A stretch of 64,000 nt of DNA from Chlorobiota bacterium (lineage in GTDB: Bacteria > Bacteroidota > Ignavibacteria > Kapaibacteriales > NICIL-2), in contig JBGAVD010000002.1 in NCBI GenBank assembly GCA_044228285.1, forward strand, positions 474,807-538,806. The letters run 5' to 3'. The position numbers and the translations under genes are program-made. The notes under the pieces were generated by a model. The model did no database searches. It was not told the DNA's origin and saw nothing but the letters and a program-made list of their open reading frames with translations. Below, piece by piece: positions 19,120 through 29,401 of the stretch. Position 1 is the stretch's first letter, and each line of letters starts with the position of its first letter.

Positions 19120-20142
19120 TTACGGAACCAGTACAATCTTTCCTACGTAGTCACCGCTCTCAATGATACGATGAGCCTCAGCTGCTTGTTGAAGCGGCAA
19201 GACCGCATGGATATGCGTGCGGATATTTCCATCACCGAGAAGACGTACAAGGTTTTCCAGTTCGCTCTTGCGGCCCAAGTACAAACCGTGGATCGAGATG
19301 TGACGTAGGTAGGTTAGCTGAATGTTGAGTGTCACTTCACGTCCTGTGAGCATACCGCACAATAACAACTTGCCACCCTTACGTAGGAGGTTGAAGCTCG
19401 TTGGGAAGGTCTTGGGTCCTACATAGTCTAACACACAATCAACGCCACCTGGATAGAGTTTGCGAACCTCGGCTCCGACATCATCGGTGTAGTGATTGAA
19501 TACGTAGTCTGCCCCGAGAGAGCGCAGAATCTCAGCTTTCTCATTTTTTCCTGCAGTGGCAATCACCGTTGCACCGGCAGACTTCGCTAACTGCAACGCA
19601 AGAGTCCCAAAGCCACCTGAGCCTCCCCAGAGAAGAAAGGTCTGACCTTTTTGTAAATGAGCAACATCATACACTGCATGGTGAGCAGTAAGACCCGAGA
19701 TTGGAAGTGTTGCAGCGTCTTCAAAGCTGACGTTGTCTGGCAATCGAACCAAACTTGCCTCAGGAACGCTTACATACTCTGCATAACTGCCGTGCATGTG
19801 CATGCCATAGTATTTCCATCCATCCGACAAAAAAGCATCAGGATTCTCAGCTTCTGATTCAGGCACGACTAGTGGCCAACTCAGTACGCGATCACCCACA
19901 TGAAAACCTTTAACTTCTGCACCACACTCTTCAATAACTCCAGCGATATCGCCACCTGGGATGTGTGGAAGCGAAATATCGAGTCCTGGGTATCCGGCCC
20001 GCATCACCATGTCGATTCGGTTGACACTCGTGGCTTTTACGCGCACCAGCACTTGATGAGCGCTGGGCTTGGGTGTTGGAAAATCTTCAACATAGCGCAG
20101 CACATCAGCACTGCCGTGTTCGGGAATGATAATTGCTTTCAT
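19120..20142 (-). CDS. NAD(P)H:quinone oxidoreductase / zinc-type alcohol dehydrogenase-like (MDR family) protein
   Basis: MKAIIIPEHGSADVLRYVEDFPTPKP..., GDRV and GGSGGFGTLALQLAK (Rossmann GxxGxxG). I chose the ATG at 20142; the longer track start would overlap the upstream CPBP gene. Confidence 0.85.
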   Translation of the reverse strand: MKAIIIPEHGSADVLRYVEDFPTPKPSAHQVLVRVKATSVNRIDMVMRAGYPGLDISLPHIPGGDIAGVIEECGAEVKGFHVGDRVLSWPLVVPESEAENPDAFLSDGWKYYGMHMHGSYAEYVSVPEASLVRLPDNVSFEDAATLPISGLTAHHAVYDVAHLQKGQTFLLWGGSGGFGTLALQLAKSAGATVIATAGKNEKAEILRSLGADYVFNHYTDDVGAEVRKLYPGGVDCVLDYVGPKTFPTSFNLLRKGGKLLLCGMLTGREVTLNIQLTYLRHISIHGLYLGRKSELENLVRLLGDGNIRTHIHAVLPLQQAAEAHRIIESGDYVGKIVLVP

Positions 20143-20152
20143 AAGAGTCCTT

Positions 20153-20791
20153 TTAAGTAAACTGAACTGGGAAGAGAACAAAGATGGTTGTGTCCCACAA
20201 TGCGTGCGAGACGATGCCTGGAATGAGACTACCATAGCGTCGATACAGGAAGCCCCAATGCACACCTAAGACCAGTGCTGCAATGAGAAGCATTGGATTC
20301 ATAGCCCAGATGTGTACAAGAGAATACAGTACTGCGGTGATTAGCATTGCTCTTTGCGCGCTAAAGCGCTCGGCGAATCGAGCTTGGACAAAGCCACGCC
20401 AAAAGATCTCCTCACATGGAGCAATGATGAAGAACAGTAAAGGCGCAATGTAGAAGGGATCTAACTGTAGACGTGTAGCATAGACGGCTTCGATGTGAAG
20501 ACGCGTCCAGTCAAACATGGTACTCATAAGCCAGACGCCTAGTCTACTCAAACCATAGAGCAACACTGCATGAACTGCACCGATACCAACAAACTTCCAC
20601 TCAAATGCAAAGAGCTGTTTCAAGCTTTGTCGCTGAAGCCGAAGTGTGAGCAGGGTCAGGCTCAGGGTCGATACAACCATAGCCTGCCAGAAGTACTGAT
20701 TGTGTATGCTGCGAGTCAGTTCAAACTGACTCGAGAACATCAGAAACCATAAACTGGCTGCAAAGACAAGCGATACGATAAGCTGGAGCAT
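20153..20791 (-). CDS. CPBP family intramembrane glutamic endopeptidase (CAAX protease/Abi-like)
   Basis: Multi-TM protein with PCEEIFWRGF (the EExxxR motif) and HALWD (the HxxxN/D motif). Confidence 0.8.
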   Translation of the reverse strand: MLQLIVSLVFAASLWFLMFSSQFELTRSIHNQYFWQAMVVSTLSLTLLTLRLQRQSLKQLFAFEWKFVGIGAVHAVLLYGLSRLGVWLMSTMFDWTRLHIEAVYATRLQLDPFYIAPLLFFIIAPCEEIFWRGFVQARFAERFSAQRAMLITAVLYSLVHIWAMNPMLLIAALVLGVHWGFLYRRYGSLIPGIVSHALWDTTIFVLFPVQFT

Positions 20792-20821
20792 TCAGGTACA
20801 ATGAGAACCGAGTGATGAAGG

Positions 20822-21745
20822 TTAAAACCAATGGCCAATTGCAATGCCAATGCACAGCAAAGCACCAAAGAGAAAGTGGTGTTGTGCTGTTGAAACATCT
20901 GTCATAGCGATTTCTTCGGGAGCATTCAGAGGATCTGAGTTGCTAATTGCTTTGATGTTCTTGAGCGCTGGTGGCAAACTAAGCACAACGAGCAAACTCC
21001 AGGGACTGAGAACATTCATGATGACCAGAATGGCGACGATGACGAAGGCGGCAAGGACAATCAAGATATATTCCATTTTAGCGCCCTTTGGTCCTAGAAC
21101 GGTCGACATTGTATGCAGCTTCGCCTTGCGATCATGCGAGATATCGCGGATGTTATTCGCGATCAGAATTGCAGCAACTAAGCAGCCAATCGGGAGGGAA
21201 GTGAGGATAACCTCGTTCGACATACTTCCCGTGAGCACGTAGTATGCACCACAAACCATAAGAGGACCCATGAGAATGAACACTAAGAGATCACCCACAG
21301 CTATGTACTTGTAAGCAAAGGAGCCACCCCCACAATAGAAGTAACCACCCAGTATTCCAACAACACCAAGGATGAGAATCGGAGTGCCACGCTCGGCAAC
21401 CATAAGCAAACCCAAGACGAAGGTTAATGCAAACAAGATCATACCAACGCGATAGACAGCGTCTGGACGTAACAACTCATCAACAAGGATGCGACTCGAT
21501 CCATAACTCTCTTTTGTGTCGACGCCCTTCTTATAATCGAAGTAATCGCTAACCAAATTCGTTGCTGCGTGAACCATGACCGAACAAATAATGATTAGTG
21601 GTAACATGGTCCAATACACCTGTCCTTCAAAATTCAATGCTAATGCTGCTCCGAGTAAAGCCGGAGTGATGCTTGCAGTGAACGAAAAAGCTCGCACCGC
21701 TTGCATCCATAAACTCATGGGAGAACGGTCAGTTTGCACAGTCAT
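20822..21745 (-). CDS. menA: 1,4-dihydroxy-2-naphthoate polyprenyltransferase (UbiA superfamily)
   Basis: NLVSDYFDYKKGVD (NxxxDxxxD) and LIANNIRDISHDRKA (the second Asp-rich motif, MenA-like). About 8 TM helices. I chose the ATG at 21745. Confidence 0.8.
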   Translation of the reverse strand: MTVQTDRSPMSLWMQAVRAFSFTASITPALLGAALALNFEGQVYWTMLPLIIICSVMVHAATNLVSDYFDYKKGVDTKESYGSSRILVDELLRPDAVYRVGMILFALTFVLGLLMVAERGTPILILGVVGILGGYFYCGGGSFAYKYIAVGDLLVFILMGPLMVCGAYYVLTGSMSNEVILTSLPIGCLVAAILIANNIRDISHDRKAKLHTMSTVLGPKGAKMEYILIVLAAFVIVAILVIMNVLSPWSLLVVLSLPPALKNIKAISNSDPLNAPEEIAMTDVSTAQHHFLFGALLCIGIAIGHWF

Positions 21746-21943
21746 AGTGTTGATTGAATAAGTTCGAAGTGTTTGTTTGCGACATAGGCGATCATTGTTC
21801 TTGACCGACTCGTCGGTCAGCAAAAATACGAGCTCTTTGACGCCTGGCGTTGAGCAAGAATTGGAAATGTTTCCACCATCACTTAAACTCGTTTTGCCCT
21901 TTGGTCGTCATAGTGGAGAATACTAATTACATCGTTTTTCTGG

Positions 21944-22696
21944 ATGAAAAAGCACAATCGATCGGTTTTCATGCCTTTGGCACTCAGTCTCTTGTTTTTG
22001 AATGCATCTCTCGATGCTCAAGCGCAGGGCTGGTTGGATAAAGCGAAGAAAGCCGTTAAAGACTACTCAAAGGACTTAAGCAATGTGCCTTTGACGGAAG
22101 AAGAAGCAGCAAAAGGAATTCGCGAGGCTTTGTCTAAAGGAGTGACGAAGGGCAGTGAGGCTTTAGCTATGCTTGACGGCTACTACGCGAACCCTCAAGT
22201 GAAAATCCCTTTCCCTCAGGACGCTCAGAAAGTGGAGAATACCCTGCGCAAAGCTGGCTTGGGTTCAAAAGTAGATGATGCGGTTCTATCCATCAACAGA
22301 GCCGCTGAACAAGCTGCAATTGAGGCAAAACCGATTTTCCTCGAGGCAATAACTGCACTGACTGTACAAGATGCCTTGGGCATCGTCAAAGGAAATGACA
22401 ATGCCGCTACTGAGTACTTGAAACGTAGTACCACCTCACAACTCACACAGAAATTTAGTCCTATCATCGCAGCAGCTCTTGAAAAGGTGCAAGCAACGAA
22501 GTATTGGGAAACGGTGATGAAGTCATACAATAGTATTCCATTCGTCGACAAAGTCAATACGGATTTGACGGCTTATGCAACGCAGAAGGCGATAGACGGG
22601 CTTTTTGTGATGATCGCAAAAGAAGAGCAAGACATTCGAACCAATCCACTTGCACGAAGCTCTGAGTTGCTCAAGAAAGTTTTCGGAGCGAACTAG
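21944..22696 (+). CDS. DUF4197 domain-containing secreted protein
   Basis: Signal peptide (MKKHNRSVFMPLALSLLFLNASLDAQA). LTEEEAAKGIREALSKGV...YYANPQVKIPFP...VDDAVLSINRAAEQA fits the DUF4197 pattern as I recall it. Confidence 0.7.
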   Translation: MKKHNRSVFMPLALSLLFLNASLDAQAQGWLDKAKKAVKDYSKDLSNVPLTEEEAAKGIREALSKGVTKGSEALAMLDGYYANPQVKIPFPQDAQKVENTLRKAGLGSKVDDAVLSINRAAEQAAIEAKPIFLEAITALTVQDALGIVKGNDNAATEYLKRSTTSQLTQKFSPIIAAALEKVQATKYWETVMKSYNSIPFVDKVNTDLTAYATQKAIDGLFVMIAKEEQDIRTNPLARSSELLKKVFGAN

Positions 22697-22716
22697 CGCT
22701 ATATTGCAGCTCAATT

Positions 22717-23046
22717 ATGAGCGAACAACCAGAACAATTTGTGCTTAGCGATGAAGACCGCATGCGACGCCGTCGCAAGCTGATACTATTGCTTGTAGCT
22801 ATCGCGATTGTCAGCTTTGGGAGCTTCTCGAACTACGGACTCATCACGCGGTTGCGTTTGGAGTCGCATCGTACTAATATTCTCGATAGTTTGAACAGTT
22901 TAAGCCTGGTTAGAGATTCTCTCAAACAGCGCAGTTCAAAGCTTCTCTACGATACCTTAGAAATCGAACGTCTTGCACGTGAGAAGTATGGGATGGCGGG
23001 CGCAAAAGAGGAAGTATATATTATTCGTGACGAGGAGCAAAAGTGA
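22717..23046 (+). CDS. Septum formation initiator family protein (FtsB/DivIC-like)
   Basis: 109 aa with a single TM helix (LILLLVAIAIVSFGSF), a coiled-coil region and the C-terminal IERLAREKYGMAGAKEEVYII motif typical of FtsB/DivIC. Confidence 0.65.
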   Translation: MSEQPEQFVLSDEDRMRRRRKLILLLVAIAIVSFGSFSNYGLITRLRLESHRTNILDSLNSLSLVRDSLKQRSSKLLYDTLEIERLAREKYGMAGAKEEVYIIRDEEQK

Positions 23047-23171
23047 TGCGGCTCCATAGGGAACTCCTTCTTGGTCCTACACGTTTTCTAGCGCTACAGA
23101 GCACGGTCTTCCTCATCGTGTTTCCGCTCGTCTTCTTAGTTTCGTGCTCATCCACATTGCATACTTCGAAC

Positions 23172-23552
23172 ATGAAAACAATAATCCATAGTGATCAAGC
23201 TCCAGCACCTATAGGCCCTTATTCGCAAGGCGTTGCTGTTGAGGGACGTTTATACTACTTCTCAGGTCAAATTCCTCTCGACCTTAGTGGAAACATTGTA
23301 CCAGGTGGTATCAAAGAACAAACTCACCAGGTCTGCAAAAACATCCTGGCCCTCCTTCAGTCGCAATCTTTGAGCTTCGATAACGTTGCGAAAACAACCG
23401 TCTTTCTCAAAGACATGAACGAGTTCGCAGCGATGAACGAAGTCTATTCCGAGTACTTTGGCAACTCGAAACCCGCGCGCTCCACTGTTGAAGTGGCACG
23501 TCTTCCAAAAGATGTGCGTGTTGAAATTGAAGTTATTGCTGCTGCGCCCTAA
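23172..23552 (+). CDS. ridA: RidA family reactive-intermediate deaminase (YjgF/TdcF)
   Basis: MKTIIHSDQAPAPIGPYSQGV...YFSGQIPLD...TTVFLKDMNEFAAMNEVY...ARSTVEVARLPKDVRVEIEVIA is canonical RidA. I chose the ATG at 23172, which gives the usual ~126 aa. Confidence 0.88.
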   Translation: MKTIIHSDQAPAPIGPYSQGVAVEGRLYYFSGQIPLDLSGNIVPGGIKEQTHQVCKNILALLQSQSLSFDNVAKTTVFLKDMNEFAAMNEVYSEYFGNSKPARSTVEVARLPKDVRVEIEVIAAAP

Positions 23553-24274
23553 TGACTGCTATTATACTTCGACACATTCACTTGCTCGCTGTACTCGCGT
23601 GCGCTCTCGTAGTTCCGTGTACACTGGTGCAGGCACAAGCTGTGCTCAGTTCTGACTTGAAGAAGGAAGTTCAGACAACAGATTCGATACAAGGTGCTGC
23701 TCAGTTTGAGTGCACTCATGAGACTGCAATGGAGACAGCAACTGCTCTCACGTCAACTTCGTTCGCCTTCATACAGAAAGGCGTAGTAGCTGAGCCAGAT
23801 TCAGTTCGTAGTGATCAAACGCCTCCATCAGATAAACCCATTGTCACAAGACAAGGGCTGCCTGAAAAAGAACCAAAGTCTCCAAGTGGGGCTTTGACAA
23901 GGTCGTTGGTGTGTCCAGGCTGGGGACAACTCTACAACGAGTCGTACTGGAAATCTGCTTTGTTTTTCGGTGCTGCAGCAACGGCTACAGGAATATTGTT
24001 GTGGAACAACGCAAAGTTTCTCAACGAGAACACAATCTATGAGACCAAGGGAATCAGCGACGTGCAAAAAGCACTAGCCTATAGTAGACGCGAATTCTAT
24101 CGCGATCAGAGGGATGTGAGCGGATTGTGGCTTCTTGGTATCTATGCACTTTCGGCTGTTGACGCCTATGTAGGAGCACACCTCTTCGACTTCGATGTTA
24201 GCGATTCAGGTATTGGTTTACTGCCTGTTGTAAGCCCTGGAAATGTAAGCTTCAACGCAAGCTGGCGTTTTTAG
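23552..24274 (+). CDS. DUF5683 domain-containing protein
   Basis: Signal peptide, then LVCPGWGQLYNESYWKSALFFGAAATATGILLWN, the PGxGQxYN..YWK motif followed by a TM helix. Its start overlaps the ridA stop (TAATG). Confidence 0.7.
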   Translation: MTAIILRHIHLLAVLACALVVPCTLVQAQAVLSSDLKKEVQTTDSIQGAAQFECTHETAMETATALTSTSFAFIQKGVVAEPDSVRSDQTPPSDKPIVTRQGLPEKEPKSPSGALTRSLVCPGWGQLYNESYWKSALFFGAAATATGILLWNNAKFLNENTIYETKGISDVQKALAYSRREFYRDQRDVSGLWLLGIYALSAVDAYVGAHLFDFDVSDSGIGLLPVVSPGNVSFNASWRF

Positions 24275-24288
24275 AGTCGCATCAGTAC

Positions 24289-25599
24289 TTATCGCTGCAA
24301 GCTGATGCGCACGCGGACACTTCTATTCTTTGACCGACCTTCTTCAGTCCTATTCTCAAAACGCGGATCGTGACTTGCGTGAGCTGTCGTGCTCAGGAAG
24401 TGCATACAACGTCCACCGAGCTCAGACCGAAGCGCACGGCGTACAGCAGCTGCGCGATGCGTGGAGAGGAGTTTGTTGTGAAGTTCTGTACCTGTTGAAT
24501 CGGTCCAGGCATCAAGACGAAGGTTCCAGCAACTGTGTTCTCTGTATGGCGCATGCTTCGCAAGCGCCTGGCGTAGTTCTTCCTGGTCGACTGTAGAGCT
24601 GTTCAGTGCGAAGTGCAAGTCGAACTCAATAGAGCCAATGAGAGTGGGTTTCTCCGCTTGGAGCAAACTCGAACCCATGCGAAGCGTGACCGGAACTTCT
24701 ACGTCATATATGCCTTGGGTGCCTAGACTGTCGGAGGAAATAATCATTGCATGAGAGCCATCAGCACTTAGACTAAAGCAATGGTCAAGATGAGCCGTGT
24801 TCACATCAGGTCCAAGATTCTGAGGCTCCGACCAGTTCGTCCACGAACTGTCGATTCGATGGCTGACGAACAAGTCTTGGCTGCCAAAACCTCCGCGTCC
24901 ATCAGACGAAAAGTACAAGGTGTTTCCATCAAAGCCCAGGCATGGAGAGCCTTCTGTGGATTTCGTGTTGATGCCAGCACCGAGGTTCTGTGGTTCGCTG
25001 AAAACGAGACTCGTCCCTTTTCGAAAGCTCACAAACAAGTCAAGCCCACCAATTGACTTCTCATTTTGAATTGCCAAGAACAACGTACTTTCATCGAACG
25101 CCAAGTGTGCATAGAAGTTCTTCGAATCATTGCGAAAATTCTCAATGATGAGAGGCTCGGGCTCAGTCCACCTTGTGCCATCGTAGCGACAGATTGAGAA
25201 GGCATGCATTTTCTCTGATCCTGTCGCTCCCGAAGTTTGCAGGAGTGCAGTACCATGAAGTGGAGAGATTGAGCAGAGAACATTACTCTCACTCGTATTG
25301 ATGGAGGCTCCTAGGTTTCTTGCCTCAGTCCAATATCCCTGGGCGTTTCGTTCGCAATACCAAACATCATCTGGGTCGCGCGTTTGACCAATGTTTTCAG
25401 GATGATACTTACGCGAGAAGTAGAGACGTTTTGCATCATAGCTCAACACCGGACTGACCACAGAAGAGAAGGAGTTGACAACAGAGCTCAAGCGTTGCTT
25501 ATGCGATACCGTGCTTGATGAAGTGTCGGGTAAAGGCGGCGCGCCAGCGCTGCGTTGGGCAAGAATCAAAAAGAAGATGGTGAGATAGAAGCGCATCAT
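24289..25599 (-). CDS. OmpA-family protein with TolB-like (PD40/WD40-like) beta-propeller repeats
   Basis: Signal peptide (MMRFYLTIFFLILAQRSAGA). Repeated ...SP.LS.DG..LYFSS.R.GG.G..DL(F/W)VS... blocks. C-terminal OmpA-like domain (FALNSSTVD...TDSTG...N..LS..RA..V...L...NRSVRVRI). I prefer the ATG at 25599 over the TTG at 25620. Confidence 0.7.
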   Translation of the reverse strand: MMRFYLTIFFLILAQRSAGAPPLPDTSSSTVSHKQRLSSVVNSFSSVVSPVLSYDAKRLYFSRKYHPENIGQTRDPDDVWYCERNAQGYWTEARNLGASINTSESNVLCSISPLHGTALLQTSGATGSEKMHAFSICRYDGTRWTEPEPLIIENFRNDSKNFYAHLAFDESTLFLAIQNEKSIGGLDLFVSFRKGTSLVFSEPQNLGAGINTKSTEGSPCLGFDGNTLYFSSDGRGGFGSQDLFVSHRIDSSWTNWSEPQNLGPDVNTAHLDHCFSLSADGSHAMIISSDSLGTQGIYDVEVPVTLRMGSSLLQAEKPTLIGSIEFDLHFALNSSTVDQEELRQALAKHAPYREHSCWNLRLDAWTDSTGTELHNKLLSTHRAAAVRRALRSELGGRCMHFLSTTAHASHDPRFENRTEEGRSKNRSVRVRISLQR

Positions 25600-25616
25600 A
25601 TTGTGTCGGACGTTCC

Positions 25617-28600
25617 TCAACTCTGCTTCGTGTTTTTATACTGGTCGATTGCCTCCAACACTTCCATGCTGAGAGTTTGAACGATCATCAATGCCTCATC
25701 ACGACGACTGAGTGGAATCTCGATGACGGTTCGCTTGTTCTTCTGGACGAAGCGAGAGCCTTCGCGAAGAGAGACCTGGGCAACGATGCGTGGGAAGACG
25801 GACTCGAAATAGTGGTCTTGGGGGTTAAGGGGCAGCTCGATCGACATGAGGTTTTGGCTCACCATAATGCGGTCGAAACCTGCAGGTAGTGCTGTGAGGC
25901 GAATGCGCACTGCGTACAACAAGTTTTCAGCTTCTGCAGGAAGTGCGCCATAGCGATCTCGGAGTTCGGCAGCGATATCTGAAACCAGCTTCTCAGTTCG
26001 GGCGTTGAAGAGTCGTTTGTAAAACTCGAAGCGCTCTGTGTCGCGTCGAACGTAGCTCTCTGGCAACAAGGCATCACCGTCAAGCTCTACAGCCAGATCA
26101 TCATTGGTGAAGTTGAGGAGTTCTACCTCACTAAACATCTCAGCGAACTCGTCGTGTCGAAGTTCGCGCATGGCTTCATCCAGAATCTTCTGATAGGTTT
26201 CGAGTCCTAACTCAGCAATGAAGCCACTTTGCTCACCACCTAGTAGGTTACCTGCTCCGCGAATCTCCAAGTCTCGCATGGCTAGATGAAAACCGCTCCC
26301 GAGATCGGTATGCTCTTCGATTGCTTGCAAACGTCGGATCGAGGTGCGATTTAAGGTTTTTACTGGAGGCACAAGGAGATAGCAAAAGGCTTGAGTGTTC
26401 GAGCGTCCCACACGTCCGCGCAGTTGATACAATTCCGCTAGACCAAAGCGATCGGCGCGATTGATGATCATGGTGTTGACGTTCGGGATGTCCAAACCAC
26501 TCTCCACAATCTTCGTACTCATCAGCACATCGAACTTGCGTTCCATGAAACGCTCCATTACTGTTTCAAGCTTGCCGCTGTCCATTTGTCCGTGCGCGAT
26601 GCCAAACTTCAAACCAGGCACAATCTCAACAAGTCGCATCGCCAAGTCATCAAGATCCTGGATAGTATCATTAACGAAATAGAGTTGTCCTCCACGATCC
26701 AGCTCGCGTGTGATTGCTTCACGAAGAGTGTGCTCGTTCCACTCTGTGATTGCTGTTTGTACTGGCAGACGATTACGTGGTGGTGTTTCGATGATACTAA
26801 GATCTCGAGCGCCCATCAGTGAGAAGTTCAGGGTACGCGGTATTGGAGTAGCTGTCAGCGTGAGCGTATCAACATTAGCGCGAATACTTCTCAGCTTCTC
26901 CTTTGCCCCAACGCCGAAGCGCTGTTCTTCGTCGATAACGAGCAAGCCAAGATTGCGGAACACGATGTCTTTGCTGAGGATGCGATGAGTACCAATCAGA
27001 ATGTCGATTGCTCCTTCATCCAGTTTCTTCACCAACGCTTTTTGTTCTTCTGGGCTACGGAAGCGAGAGATCACATCGACGCGAATAGGGAAGCGGCGTA
27101 GACGTTCACTGAAGGTGAGATAATGTTGTTGTGCAAGAATTGTTGTGGGGACCAAGACGGCAACTTGCTTGCCTGCCTGGGCCGCCTTGAACGCAGCTCG
27201 AACAGCGACTTCTGTCTTTCCGAAGCCAACATCGCCACAGACCAATCGGTCCATCGGCATCGACGTTTCCATATCAGCTTTAACCTCAGCCGTTGCCTTC
27301 GCTTGATCTGGCGTGTCTTCATACATAAACGAGGCTTCAAACTCTTTCTGCCAAACTGTATCGCTTGGAAAGGCGAAGCCGCGAAGAGATTTACGCTGAG
27401 CATAGAGTTTGATGAGATCGCGCGCGATGTCCTTGATCTTCTTTTTCGTGCGTGCTTTCTTTCGCTCCCATTCACCAGAGCCTAGCTTGCTGAGCTTTGG
27501 CGCAGTGCCGTCGGCAGCAGAGTAGCGCTGAAGCTTGTTGATGTAATTCAGGTGAACGTAGAGCACATCTGAATCGGCAAAGACCAGTCGTACACTTTCT
27601 TGTTTGTTCCCACCGATACTGATGGTTTCAAGTCCGTCGAATTGTCCTACACCCTTATCAATATGTACAATAAGGTCTCCCTTATGCAGTTGCTGGAGCT
27701 CACGAAGGGTCAGACCTGCAGGGTTTGAGTACTTACGCGCGTCATGAAAGCGTTGACGGTTGAAGACTTGGTGTTCGGTAAAGAGTGCTATGTGTTCGTC
27801 CGGCCAAACAAAGCCTGCATTCGGGGTGGCATGTTCCCAACTGATATCCTCAGTTCTCAAAGGACTCTGTTCTAAGTCATCACCTTCAATGCGTTCCGCA
27901 ACATTCTCAACAAGTTCACGAATGCGCCTCGTATGAATACTTCCCTCGGCGCAAAGGAAAACCTTGTACTTCTGTTCTTGCAGACTACTGAGTTCGTTAT
28001 AGAGTTTCTCAACCGTTGCATCGACAATAGTCTGCGTTTGGCTTTTCGTTTCGATATCTACCACGCCAAGAGGATTGACCAGAAAGCAGCGTTGATCTAG
28101 CAAACGTGAGTAGAGTTCGGACTGTTCAAGCTTTTCAAAGTCTTGAGCAACCACCTCAGGTTGATCAATGACGATAATTGTTGACTCGTCGATGTACTCG
28201 AAAAGTGTGCAGCTAAACTCATCGTTTTCGTTCGAGATGAAACGAGCGAGGAACTCTACGGAATCATGTTCGCGAATGGAGCGTTGTGAGAGAGGATCGA
28301 ATTCGCGAATGGACTCGACGGTGTCGCCCCAGAACTCAACGCGAAGGGGAGTAGACCAACCAACAGGGAAAACATCCACTATTCCACCGCGAATAGCTAC
28401 GTCGCCAGGTTTCGCCACGAAATCACGTCGTTCAAAACCATTCAACAACAGATGCTGCTGAAACTGTTCGAATGCAAGTGAATCGTCGCGCTTCACCTGG
28501 AATATATTCTCGATGACCGAGTTTGGTCTAGGCAGAGGTACAAGAAACGAGGAAGCAGCTGCAACAACGATAGATTGCTCACTATGCTCTATTGTTGATA

Positions 28601-28931
28601 CAACATCAACAACACGCGTCATTTCGTCTGTGTGATGATCCAGTGCCGAACGCGTCTTTCGGCTTTCTGAAAAGACTGATACATGGGGATGATCTACAAG
28701 CAAGGATAGATCATGATACCACGCACCGATGTTCTCAGCTGCGCTCACAATAACCAATCTCTGCTTGCTATGTTGTTGTACGGCCGCAGCCGCCATTGCT
28801 TTCAGGGAGCCCTGAAGCATTTTGGTGGAGAGACTAGTGCCTGCATCTAAGGCTGTAGTCAGTCGACGGAAATAGCTTGAGCGCTCGAAAGTGCGTCGAA
28901 GCACTTTGAGCGCGGCAGTACGAGTATTCAT
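25617..28931 (-). CDS. mfd: Transcription-repair coupling factor
   Basis: 1104 aa. Motifs: GDVGFGKTEVAVRAAF (Walker A), DEEQRFGV (DEAD-like), QLRGRVGRS, plus UvrB-homology and TRCF C-terminal regions. Confidence 0.95.
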   Translation of the reverse strand: MNTRTAALKVLRRTFERSSYFRRLTTALDAGTSLSTKMLQGSLKAMAAAAVQQHSKQRLVIVSAAENIGAWYHDLSLLVDHPHVSVFSESRKTRSALDHHTDEMTRVVDVVSTIEHSEQSIVVAAASSFLVPLPRPNSVIENIFQVKRDDSLAFEQFQQHLLLNGFERRDFVAKPGDVAIRGGIVDVFPVGWSTPLRVEFWGDTVESIREFDPLSQRSIREHDSVEFLARFISNENDEFSCTLFEYIDESTIIVIDQPEVVAQDFEKLEQSELYSRLLDQRCFLVNPLGVVDIETKSQTQTIVDATVEKLYNELSSLQEQKYKVFLCAEGSIHTRRIRELVENVAERIEGDDLEQSPLRTEDISWEHATPNAGFVWPDEHIALFTEHQVFNRQRFHDARKYSNPAGLTLRELQQLHKGDLIVHIDKGVGQFDGLETISIGGNKQESVRLVFADSDVLYVHLNYINKLQRYSAADGTAPKLSKLGSGEWERKKARTKKKIKDIARDLIKLYAQRKSLRGFAFPSDTVWQKEFEASFMYEDTPDQAKATAEVKADMETSMPMDRLVCGDVGFGKTEVAVRAAFKAAQAGKQVAVLVPTTILAQQHYLTFSERLRRFPIRVDVISRFRSPEEQKALVKKLDEGAIDILIGTHRILSKDIVFRNLGLLVIDEEQRFGVGAKEKLRSIRANVDTLTLTATPIPRTLNFSLMGARDLSIIETPPRNRLPVQTAITEWNEHTLREAITRELDRGGQLYFVNDTIQDLDDLAMRLVEIVPGLKFGIAHGQMDSGKLETVMERFMERKFDVLMSTKIVESGLDIPNVNTMIINRADRFGLAELYQLRGRVGRSNTQAFCYLLVPPVKTLNRTSIRRLQAIEEHTDLGSGFHLAMRDLEIRGAGNLLGGEQSGFIAELGLETYQKILDEAMRELRHDEFAEMFSEVELLNFTNDDLAVELDGDALLPESYVRRDTERFEFYKRLFNARTEKLVSDIAAELRDRYGALPAEAENLLYAVRIRLTALPAGFDRIMVSQNLMSIELPLNPQDHYFESVFPRIVAQVSLREGSRFVQKNKRTVIEIPLSRRDEALMIVQTLSMEVLEAIDQYKNTKQS

Positions 28932-29254
28932 GCGCGTTGTACTGCCTTGGATTATGCCTTCGGCAGTAGAGCCTCAAAAATACGGGAGCAGAGCAGCATA
29001 GCAGTGAAAAATCCTTATTCAGTTTCAGCTTTGAGTGATGTGTACACTTTTGCAGCTGTGGACTGCGAAGACTTGCTCAAAGTAGCCAATCCGAATCTTG
29101 GTCTTTAGCTCATAACAAAAGTTCAAACCGCGCTAAGTCCAAGCCAGTACTTGCCATTCATGCCTTTTTCTCGTGCTCAACGTTAGCTTGAGTGGAAAAT
29201 TTATAGCCAAAAATGCCTTCTTTGAATACTTTTTTCTTGCGGATAGAGACTTCT

Positions 29255-29348
29255 GGAATTAAATTGCAGACAAAAAACTCTTAAAACCTGAATTGCAGTT
29301 CGTATCCTTCGAAATGCAGAGCAGAACTGAGCTTTGAAATTGCATTGG
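29255..29348 (+). promoter_or_regulatory. Four direct copies of a GAAWTGCA-like motif upstream of the Rrf2 regulator gene (candidate operator/promoter elements)
   Basis: aaattgcaga (29261), gaattgcagt (29290), gaaatgcaga (29311) and gaaattgcat (29336), 54-140 nt upstream of the ATG at 29402. The ATGCA core is reminiscent of NsrR/Rrf2 half-sites, but no clear inverted repeat is present. Confidence 0.25.
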
Positions 29349-29401
29349 TCTAGTCTCTTTCATCTACAATTGGTTTGGCACAATCACCAGGAGGTGCACT
29401 C

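Noticed and set aside
18370-19308. Overlapping ORFs across the 21-bp array (18370-18822, 18434-19033, 18580-18912, 18783-19046, 18913-19308) with heptad-like translations (QQPRSFI, TATIVYT, KRSWLLY)
   Set aside because: Several frames on both strands are open simply because the 21-bp unit lacks stop codons. The translations are pure repeat artefacts, and the ORFs have no plausible N-termini or starts.
23043-23171. N-terminal 43-aa extension of RidA with a lipoprotein-like LVSCSS segment
   Set aside because: RidA proteins are ~125-aa cytoplasmic proteins. The internal ATG at 23172 gives the canonical N-terminus MKTIIHSD... The extension would also overlap the ftsB-like stop. I cannot fully exclude it.
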